DNA of 13,384 bases from Candidatus Omnitrophota bacterium (GCA_043803685.1 JAZDJU010000090.1:1-13384), one strand, 5' to 3'; counted from the first letter of the stretch, positions 1-6,191 are shown. The notes: generated by a model not told the origin, from the letters alone. Made by a program: numbers and translations.

Positions 1-344
1 GGATCAAGATTGAGGTGGCCATGCCGTTCCATTGCATCAACAAGGTCAGGCAGTACCGCTTTTAACCGTTTACCGCAGATTCGATCCGCCGCCTCCCACA
101 TTACAATGAGAGCTTCCTTCACGGCCTCATCGTAGATGCGATCCCTGATCATATTCATAGGCTGAGATCCATTGATAACTGATTTTCGGAATAATCGAAT
201 TGCGTGTTTACGATGATGACCTGATAGCACCGTAAATTCGTTTAGGATGTTCGATTTCTCGCTTTTTGAAGATCGGTTATATCTGTCGCGAATTGCAACC
301 ACCAGTTCTTTTTGAGCCAGCTTGTTGACCGTTTTTGTCCCCAT
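1..344 (-). CDS. Transposase N-terminus (rve/integrase-core type DDE transposase, ISNCY-like); runs off the window edge
   Basis: Not in the ORF track. Manual translation from ATG at 344 (GGAGG RBS at 351-355) gives MGTKTVNKLAQKELVVAIRDRYNRSSKSEKSNILNEFTVLSGHHRKHAIRLF...RIYDEAVKEALIVMWEAADRICGKRLKAVLPDLVDAMERHGHL, open to base 1. The ILxEF..GxHRKHAIRL and WEAxDRICGKRLK motifs are recognised from this transposase family. Confidence 0.85.
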   Translation of the reverse strand, partial: MGTKTVNKLAQKELVVAIRDRYNRSSKSEKSNILNEFTVLSGHHRKHAIRLFRKSVINGSQPMNMIRDRIYDEAVKEALIVMWEAADRICGKRLKAVLPDLVDAMERHGHLNLD

Positions 345-448
345 TTTTTACCTCCAGTTTTTGGTAACATTCTAATGAGGCAACAGGTCGCGGTAAGTAA
401 CAAAAATGGTGAGTCAATGCGGTCGGGAATTCTAATTGTCGCCCATCA
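1..448 (-). mobile_element. Insertion sequence, left end plus start of transposase
   Basis: PLD-nuclease similarity stops after ...ILVQ. The minus strand then begins TGATGGGCGACAA at 448 (5'-TG end), followed by subterminal repeats (364-384, 397-418) and the transposase ATG. Confidence 0.75.
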
Positions 449-617
449 CTTGGACTAGGATTGATTGTTTGGCTTGCCCTATAGCGTCTGTAATCGCCTT
501 GGTACAGCCACCTTTGGGAGAGAAATAGACGTGAGAAGTGGTAAGAAGAGGATCAGCAAGTAGGCAGGGGCTTACAAGCAGAAGAAAAGCAAAAAGGGAC
601 GATATGGTCTTTTTCAA
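449..617 (-). pseudogene. 5' fragment of a secreted phospholipase D-family (Nuc-like) nuclease gene, interrupted by the IS
   Basis: Probable TTG start at 617 after a GGGGG RBS. Signal peptide-like KKTISSLFAFLLLVSPCLLA, then VYFSPKGGCTKAITDAIGQAKQSILVQ, the typical start of small PLD nucleases (normally continuing AYSFT). No HKD motif is present in the window. Confidence 0.8.
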
Positions 618-796
618 ATAACCCCCATAATTAAGGGGTAGTATAAACCTGATCAATTTGACTGGCTAGGCGAGTTTCAAAGAGAAATGCTCGTGCGCAC
701 GCATCCTAGTGGGGTAATTCACCGATGAGAAATTCGGGCTTTGCCTAGAATTTATCTAGTTTGGTATCCAATGTCATTAAATGGGCTCAAGACGAC

Positions 797-830
797 AAAG
801 GGGCTACAGCAATTTGCCGCAACCCCTTTT
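797..830 (-). terminator. Long hairpin, probable intrinsic terminator of the SWIB gene
   Basis: Minus strand AAAGGGGTTGCGGC-AAATT-GCTGTAGCCCCTTT is fully paired only with G-U pairs on this strand, and lies ~65 nt after the stop codon. Confidence 0.6.
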
Positions 831-895
831 GCGAATTAGCGCCAAACCCCATACGCCGTTTTCCGCGACGAATGGCGCTATAAAACGAAGCGGCC

Positions 896-1162
896 TTAAG
901 AAAGGTGCTTGCTGACGAGCTTGGTCATCTCAAACATATTGACGACCTTCTTGCCACCGAACACGACCTTGAGCTCGGCATCCGCGTTGATGTTGCGCCT
1001 GTTCTTATCATCCTGGAGCTTGTTCTTCTTGATGTAGACCCAAAGCTTTTTTACGACTTCGCTACGGGGCATCGGCCCTTTGCCGACTACTGCCGCTAGC
1101 GCTTCGCTGATCTTCATCGGCTTCATAAACGCTGAATTTGCTTTTGCCTTCACCTTCGCCAT
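896..1162 (-). CDS. Stand-alone SWIB/MDM2 domain protein (88 aa)
   Basis: AFMKPMKISEALAAVVG..MPRSEVVKKLWVYIKKNKLQD..NRRNINADAEL..VFGGK..VNMFEMTKLVSKHL is a classic SWIB domain. ATG at 1162 has an AAGGAG RBS, so the start is shortened from the track's 1252. Confidence 0.92.
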   Translation of the reverse strand: MAKVKAKANSAFMKPMKISEALAAVVGKGPMPRSEVVKKLWVYIKKNKLQDDKNRRNINADAELKVVFGGKKVVNMFEMTKLVSKHLS

Positions 1163-1486
1163 GATGCTCTCTCCTTTTGATTTGAACCGAGTTCCCGCGT
1201 CCGGACTTCCCGAACCCACGCCAATGGTTTTTACTGGGGCCATATCATACATTACAGCTTCAAAAACAATCGAAAAGATTTTATTTTTTGTCGAACGGGA
1301 ATATCACGTTCTAAATTGACTGTGACATGCGAAATACACCTCAAGCCGTGGATCCCCTTGTTTTTCAGAAAAAGTCAATCCCCCATCCCTTTCTGTGACT
1401 TACGCTTCAGGATGTCTCTAATGCGCGATAACACGCATTACGACTTACCAGGTGAGGGATTTTAAAGCAAAGCCGGATGCACTCAC

Positions 1487-1518
1487 AAAAAAACCCCACC
1501 TTTTGAGCGGGGCTTTTT
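1487..1518 (-). terminator. Rho-independent terminator
   Basis: Minus strand GCCCCGCT-CAAAA-GGTGGGGT followed by a T-run, ~30 nt after the stop of 1546..2169. Confidence 0.8.
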
Positions 1519-1545
1519 GAAGACCCGATTCGATAAACGTAATGC

Positions 1546-2169
1546 CTATTGCTTGGAAAGCGAGATGTCGTCGATGAGAATGGAACCTTTCTTTGGGCTC
1601 GAATTGATATCGTCGAACACTATGACGAACTCATTGAGAGAAGTCCAGTTCTCGATCTTGCGGAACTTCTCGAACGGGATAGAAATCTTCTGCCACTTAT
1701 CCGTGACACCGCCCACGATGTAAGCTGAAGGCTTATTGGTCATATCCTTCAGCTCGATCTTGAAACGTTTGGTGTAACCAACCTTAACATCCCCTTTGAC
1801 GTAAAAGTTTAGGGTGTTATAAGGAGTCCCATCCGCGCCATTGAACTTCATCCAAAAACCATTGTATGCGGGATTTGGAGAATCGACGCTATAGTCCAAC
1901 CTGATTGAATAACCTCCGGTCTCCCCTTTCGCATCATCTTGATCAAAGGACATTTTACATCCTTGAGTTGAATCGTTCGGGTCTTTGTCCCATGCGCCGA
2001 AATCACCACCGATATTGTTGGGTTTGTCTCCAGTATTAAAATCCGCAATCATCAGCTCATTCCCCGCAGGCTTTTTATCAGCGGCGAACGCGGAACGAGT
2101 CACGATTCCGAAACCCAATACCATCAACGCAACCAAAATCACAGTTACGCCTAATTTCAGCTTCTTCAT
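1546..2169 (-). CDS. Exported protein with a galactose-binding-like carbohydrate-binding domain (CBM11/CIA30-like)
   Basis: N-terminal signal/TM segment ending AFA. Motifs IADFN, LxFYVKGD, FKIELKD, WQKISIPFEKF and G.ILIDDI. AAAGGAG RBS. Confidence 0.75.
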   Translation of the reverse strand: MKKLKLGVTVILVALMVLGFGIVTRSAFAADKKPAGNELMIADFNTGDKPNNIGGDFGAWDKDPNDSTQGCKMSFDQDDAKGETGGYSIRLDYSVDSPNPAYNGFWMKFNGADGTPYNTLNFYVKGDVKVGYTKRFKIELKDMTNKPSAYIVGGVTDKWQKISIPFEKFRKIENWTSLNEFVIVFDDINSSPKKGSILIDDISLSKQ

Positions 2170-2257
2170 TTTGGTGTTGCTCCTTTCTTGGAATATGTTT
2201 TCTGGTGGGAGTCATCAGAAGTATATACTTTAAAAGCTCAATGGGCCCGTACTTTCC

Positions 2258-2286
2258 TTGAACTTGCCAGTCTTCCGAGGTAGATT
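2258..2286 (+). promoter_or_regulatory. Putative sigma70 promoter of the NYN gene
   Basis: TTGAAC (2258-2263), 17 bp spacer, TAGATT (2281-2286), then a GAGAGG RBS before ATG 2304. Confidence 0.55.
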
Positions 2287-2303
2287 ACTCTTGAGAGGAA
2301 AAA

Positions 2304-2807
2304 ATGATACTCGTCATAGATGGCTACAATATTATTCATGCGATCAAGAAATTAGAGATTGCGCTCGATCGCAGCCTCAAAGAAGCCCGAGCCTCACTCA
2401 TTTCTTTTTGCAACCAGTTATTCAGCGTCAGATGCGACATTGAAAAAATTTACATCGTATTTGACGGAACTTCTGATTTGTACTGCTCTGAAGAGAGTCC
2501 TCACCCAAAAATCAGGATTCTTTATACCCCAACGGGAGAAGACGCAGATGACAGGATCATCGAAATCCTCAGAACCTATACCGGCAAAAGCCAAGTCACG
2601 GTGGTAACCAACGACAACTATGTGGCTAATAATGCCCGCTCCTTAAGAGCCAAGATACTTTCCGCTTCCGAATTCGAGCGATATTCAACACCCCGAAAAT
2701 TCCAAAATCAAAAAACCTCAGAAATTTCCCAAGGCTTTCCAGAAGTTTCAGCAAACACAGCAAAAGACATCACGGAAGAATACAAAAAGTTTCTTGGCAT
2801 TAGATAA
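2304..2807 (+). CDS. NYN domain (YacP/Rae1-like) PIN-fold ribonuclease
   Basis: Conserved acidic motifs LVIDGYN, IVFDG, EDADDRI and VVTND. Confidence 0.88.
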   Translation: MILVIDGYNIIHAIKKLEIALDRSLKEARASLISFCNQLFSVRCDIEKIYIVFDGTSDLYCSEESPHPKIRILYTPTGEDADDRIIEILRTYTGKSQVTVVTNDNYVANNARSLRAKILSASEFERYSTPRKFQNQKTSEISQGFPEVSANTAKDITEEYKKFLGIR

Positions 2808-2892
2808 AAGACATACCCTAATATCAATCCGCCAAGAAACACCAGATTTTCCAAATTTATTTTTTACCGGGATAAAGATCCCACTTATTTTC

Positions 2893-2972
2893 TGCTACGT
2901 TTTTGCTACGAAAATCTTAAAAACAGGCCCTTCATGAAGTCGTGTTGAGTCGAAATAGGTCGAATTAAGTCG
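2893..2972. repeat. Integrase arm-type-like direct repeats plus helically phased repeats
   Basis: TGCTACG at 2893 and 2904 (11-bp period). GTCG at 2939, 2949, 2959 and 2969 (10-bp period). Confidence 0.6.
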
Positions 2973-3053
2973 GAATGGAACCTGAGATTCTGAAAAGAGT
3001 TACGGATGCTTTTACGTAACTCTCTGCGCTGCTTGATATTAGGGAAAAGAGGA

Positions 3054-3076
3054 TGGAGCGGGATACGGGATTCGAA
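3054..3076 (-). repeat. Copy of the tRNA-Gly 3' end (att-like core), copy 1
   Basis: TGGAGCGGGATACGGGATTCGAA versus 6870-6892 TGGAGCGGGATACGGGAATCGAA: 22/23 identical. Similarity ends in the T-loop. Confidence 0.88.
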
Positions 3077-3097
3077 ACCATGGCTTCTATAACTGCA

Positions 3098-3125
3098 ATT
3101 ATACCAATATATTGCTCTAAATCAA
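3098..3125 (-). promoter_or_regulatory. Putative promoter pointing into the tRNA-Gly fragment
   Basis: Minus strand TTGATT, 16 bp spacer, TATAAT with an extended TG (TGGTATAAT). Confidence 0.45.
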
Positions 3126-3134
3126 AAAAATTGC

Positions 3135-3600
3135 GGGTATGAAGCTTGACGGCTCCCTTGTTCTTTCGGAAATGCGCCCACGGGAATAACGCAAGACGCA
3201 GATCGATCGTCGTGGTATCGAGCGCGTAAACGATTTGCGCTAATTCGACGCCGAAAGGTTCTTTGAGATACAGGGTCCTGGCCGTATGGATTAATACTTG
3301 GGCGAAGTCGGCATAGATATGCCAATCGCGATTCTCGTTGGCATCGGACAGGGTGCTTTTTGAAATCCTGCCACGGATGCCCCTATGGTAAAGCTTGCGA
3401 TGCATTGACCTGAGGCATGATTCGATATCGCGAAGACTTTCCCTGAAGGTCAGCTGAGCGAAGGCCATGCACAGGAATTGATCCATACAAGAAAAACTCT
3501 GGACCTTGTAATTGCCTTGGTAACGACGCACGCATTTTTGAAATTCGTAGACGGGCAGGAAGTCCATGACTTGTTAGAAAACGGTTTTGCCGGTGTTCAT
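3135..3600 (-). pseudogene. IS4-family transposase (DUF4372 + DDE_Tnp_1 type) with a nonsense codon and 3' truncation
   Basis: True start ATG 3600 (AAGGAG RBS): MNTGKTVF*QVMDFLP..., with in-frame TAA at 3574-3576. Motifs QFLCMAFAQLTFRESLRDIE, STLSDANENR, YALDTTTIDL and KGAVKLHT. Similarity ends at ~3135. Confidence 0.9.
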
Positions 3601-3733
3601 GAGTCGCTCCTTTGGTGGGAGCGCCAAAATAACACGCGAGAGGATTCAAATCGCTTAAAACCATTTCCATGGTTAACATATTGAAAACCCTTAAGTTACG
3701 TCAACTGATTCATCAAACAACCGGACAGTAGTG
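3135..3733 (-). mobile_element. Partial IS4-family element (left end only)
   Basis: The minus strand starts CACTACTGTCCGG at 3733, the terminal IR type I recall for DUF4372 IS4 elements, ~130 bp before the transposase start. No right IR is seen. Confidence 0.75.
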
Positions 3734-3863
3734 TCCCCAATTATATCATGGGCAGCAGGGCGGCTCCTTGCTCTCACCCCCCACCCTCACGGGTGGGGAA
3801 CTCCCGCGGGATTAGATGAAACGGGTTGCGGCTGGTTTGACGTAACTTATTGGTGGGATTGAG

Positions 3864-3894
3864 ATTTCAAAAAAAGAGGGGAACGGGATACGGG
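3864..3894 (-). repeat. Degenerate copy of the tRNA-Gly 3' end and trailer (att-like), copy 2
   Basis: ATTTCAAAAAAA-GAGG-GGAACGGGATACGGG versus 6858-6885 ATTTCAAAAAAA-T-GGAGCGGGATACGGG. The adjacent 3818-3847 matches 2992-3021 at 24/30 positions without gaps. Confidence 0.72.
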
Positions 3895-4053
3895 CCCTTA
3901 TCAAACGGTTTTATGCTTCTGAGAGCTCACTATAAATGCGCAGTAATCGCCCAAATGGCGTAAGGAGAACATCAAAGATTATTATCCCCTGCTTGCCGTC
4001 GTCATCTGTGAAACACACCATCGATGTTCCTCGAACAGTGCGTAAGAAAATTT

Positions 4054-4815
4054 TCAGGCCACGGGGTTGTAGAACCGGCGCAACTCTGCGATCACATGGG
4101 CACTGTCAGTGGCAGGGATCCCGAGGTTCTTGAGATCCACAGGTTCATCAGCCATGGCATCAAGAAAAGCCGCAACATCCCTGCGGATCGCAATAGGAAC
4201 ATTGATGGTCTGCCCAGGATCGATGACGCGATAGAGACGAAAAATATCATTCTTGTGTTTTACGATTGACTTACTATCGACCTGTTCGCCCTTTTTCCTG
4301 CGTTCCGTCAAGTCAAGCCAAGCGAGGGCCTTAAGCGGAATCAGATATTCCGCCCCAACCAAGGAGACCCCCTGGAGCATCTTCTTTCCCAAATGAAGGA
4401 AATGATAATAATCATCATTGAGAAGAATGGCCGACAAGCTGTCAATATCCTCGCCCACAGGGATCGGCGTCAGATGGCTTCCTGCAAGCAGAGGGAAAGC
4501 CTCGGGTTTTCTGGAGAACAGTTCGAGCATCCAAGGATAGTCATCTTCCCCGGGCTCCATAAAACGGTAGTAACGCTTCTCGCCTGATGAGTGCTGCTGA
4601 ACCTTGTACTTCCCGGCACGAATAAACTCCCAGAACGTCTCTCCAAAAGCCTTGTCGAGTACTTCAACGCAAAGAACAATATCAAGATCCTTTGTACCGC
4701 GGAACGGCAAGGCCGCCTCCTGCATGATCAGGTCGCAGGCCGCGCCTCCGATCAACACATATTGATGGACATGGTCTTTGAAATGCTCTTGGAACCGCTG
4801 TATCCCTCTTACCAT
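4054..4815 (-). CDS. Pol-beta superfamily nucleotidyltransferase (AbiEii-like putative toxin)
   Basis: YVLIGGAAC (hGG) and FRGTKDLDIV (RxTxDhD) motifs, with later LIPLKALA and KHKNDIFRL matching AbiEii motifs III/IV. The start overlaps the upstream stop (ATGGTAA). Confidence 0.75.
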   Translation of the reverse strand: MVRGIQRFQEHFKDHVHQYVLIGGAACDLIMQEAALPFRGTKDLDIVLCVEVLDKAFGETFWEFIRAGKYKVQQHSSGEKRYYRFMEPGEDDYPWMLELFSRKPEAFPLLAGSHLTPIPVGEDIDSLSAILLNDDYYHFLHLGKKMLQGVSLVGAEYLIPLKALAWLDLTERRKKGEQVDSKSIVKHKNDIFRLYRVIDPGQTINVPIAIRRDVAAFLDAMADEPVDLKNLGIPATDSAHVIAELRRFYNPVA

Positions 4816-5789
4816 TTGAAGCTCCTTAACAGATCATCTAGCGCAGACTGCACACGCTCATCGTGGCTGTCCTTCAGAGACAGGTACACCGAGATCTTGT
4901 CAGCGCATCCATCGTGCGAAAAATGGTTCGGCGGATACTTCCAGACTTCGACCTCAACAGCCCCGCGATCATGGGCCGGGATAACACTAACACGATCTTC
5001 CCCGACCAGATCCTTCCAATCATTGTACGATACGGCCACGGTCCTATTCTCCGGCTCATTGATCATAGACCAATGCGCCAGCGCCGTGTATCCGGCCGAT
5101 AAAGACGTCTTGAAATTCAAGCCTGTCACATACACGCGCTTCTTGATCGGGGTTTTAAGGTACGGGCGGATCTGTTCCCAAAGCTCTCCGCGGTTCACGG
5201 CAAAACGCAGACAGCGGTTCTTCCCCGCCACCGTATGTTCGCCAATCCCTAGCGCCGCCAGCTCATCGAAAGCACGGGTCATTGTCATAGCAGAAACCTC
5301 AAGGGTCGAAGCAACCTCGGCCGGCGTAAACGTCAATTTCTTACCCTGATAGAGCGCATAAAGGACCAGTAGCTGAGTGGCCGGACGCAAGGCTGGTCTT
5401 TTGATGGAACGGGTCTTCAGGAGCTCCCTAAGGTCAATGGCCATGAACGGCAGATACATCTGGTTCCCAGGCAGGACAAAGGGCACCTTGTGTTCAATGA
5501 GACGCTTGCGATCATACGAGCTAATAGCATCCGTAACATAGACAACTTCCATGCCGCACCTACCGCACACCTGCTCAAGATGCTTGCTAATAACGGCCGG
5601 CGTGAACACGGCATCCTTTTCACCTGCCATAAGCAGGCATGTCCCCTGCAGCCATTTCAAGCTAAAGAAACGATACCCGTCCCTCAAATAAGCCGGATAA
5701 TTGGCCGCACCAGGAAAAGGGCGAACCTCGGCCTCTATCCCGAGGTTCGCAAGCAAGTATCTTTTGAGCTCTTCAACCAGTTTATCCAC
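4809..5789 (-). CDS. wHTH (MarR-like) protein, AbiEi-like putative antitoxin/regulator
   Basis: GTG start with AAGGAG RBS. Central HTH TPAEVASTLEVSAMTMTRAFDEL. N-terminal ISSYDRKRLIEHKVPFV..GNQMYL and C-terminal ADKISVYLSL...DERVQSAL resemble AbiEi_2-type antitoxins. Coupled to the NTase gene. Confidence 0.7.
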   Translation of the reverse strand: MDKLVEELKRYLLANLGIEAEVRPFPGAANYPAYLRDGYRFFSLKWLQGTCLLMAGEKDAVFTPAVISKHLEQVCGRCGMEVVYVTDAISSYDRKRLIEHKVPFVLPGNQMYLPFMAIDLRELLKTRSIKRPALRPATQLLVLYALYQGKKLTFTPAEVASTLEVSAMTMTRAFDELAALGIGEHTVAGKNRCLRFAVNRGELWEQIRPYLKTPIKKRVYVTGLNFKTSLSAGYTALAHWSMINEPENRTVAVSYNDWKDLVGEDRVSVIPAHDRGAVEVEVWKYPPNHFSHDGCADKISVYLSLKDSHDERVQSALDDLLRSFKW

Positions 5790-5799
5790 AATAACTCCT

Positions 5800-5854
5800 T
5801 AACATCATAATGGAACAATAACATATTCTGTGATATTGTGCAAGTATAATGTTA
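5800..5854 (-). promoter_or_regulatory. Promoter of the two-gene module with TAACAT operator-like repeats
   Basis: Minus strand TTGCAC (5838-5843), 17 bp spacer, TATTGT (5815-5820) with extended TG. TAACATCATA (5800-5809) and TATAATGTTA (5845-5854) form a 9/10 inverted repeat, and a third TAACAT is at 5819-5824. Confidence 0.55.
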
Positions 5855-6049
5855 GATTTTGTTTTATTGCGAATCCAAGGCCATACGCCGGGAGTTGGAA
5901 GATCTGGACGTCCATCCCCTAATGAATCTTATTCAACAGGATTTTTTTTGTAAGTCTAAGTGTGGAAACGTAAATCGTGAAATTTTAATAGGTTGTGAAA
6001 ACGGGCGTTTTTTCTCCGTTGGCAGAAAGCGAATAATTCGACTTCAGCT

Positions 6050-6122
6050 TGGTGCCCATATGGTGCCTACTCTGATATGAAATCACATTGATTTGAACGT
6101 GCGGATAAGAACGGATATGAAA
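6050..6122. repeat. Second set of integrase arm-type-like direct repeats plus phased repeats
   Basis: TGGTGCC at 6050 and 6061 (11-bp period). GATA(T/A)GAA at 6074, 6104 and 6114 (multiples of 10 bp). Confidence 0.55.
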
Positions 6123-6191
6123 GCGCTAACTTCAGTAGGAGAAATGATTTGCTAATGTTTTGAAGGGGTTACAGAAAATGGTCCAGCCGGA

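Noticed and set aside
1163..1252. 30-aa N-terminal extension of the SWIB ORF in the track
   Set aside because: A strong AAGGAG RBS precedes ATG 1162, and the extension covers likely promoter/leader sequence.
2937..2976. Short periodic repeats as a CRISPR array or iterons
   Set aside because: Units are only 10 bp with a 4-6 bp core, there are no spacers, and no cas or rep gene is present.
2965..3134. C-terminal part of the 200-aa ORF as a novel transposase fusion domain
   Set aside because: It is read-through across promoter-like, tRNA-fragment and hairpin DNA after the transposase truncation.
3936..4269. Plus-strand ORFs 3936..4133 and 4024..4269 as extra system components
   Set aside because: They largely overlap the NTase antisense, lack convincing starts, and show no recognisable motifs.
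4591..5349. 252-aa plus-strand ORF
   Set aside because: Antisense shadow of the two-gene module, with Ser/Arg-rich non-protein-like composition.
5859..6080. 73-aa plus-strand ORF as excisionase or regulator
   Set aside because: TTG start without RBS, no HTH pattern, and it runs over the arm-type repeats.
5860..6191. Group I intron interrupting tRNA-Thr
   Set aside because: No 3' exon is found downstream and no recognisable P7/catalytic core is seen; the downstream DNA looks like an att arm.
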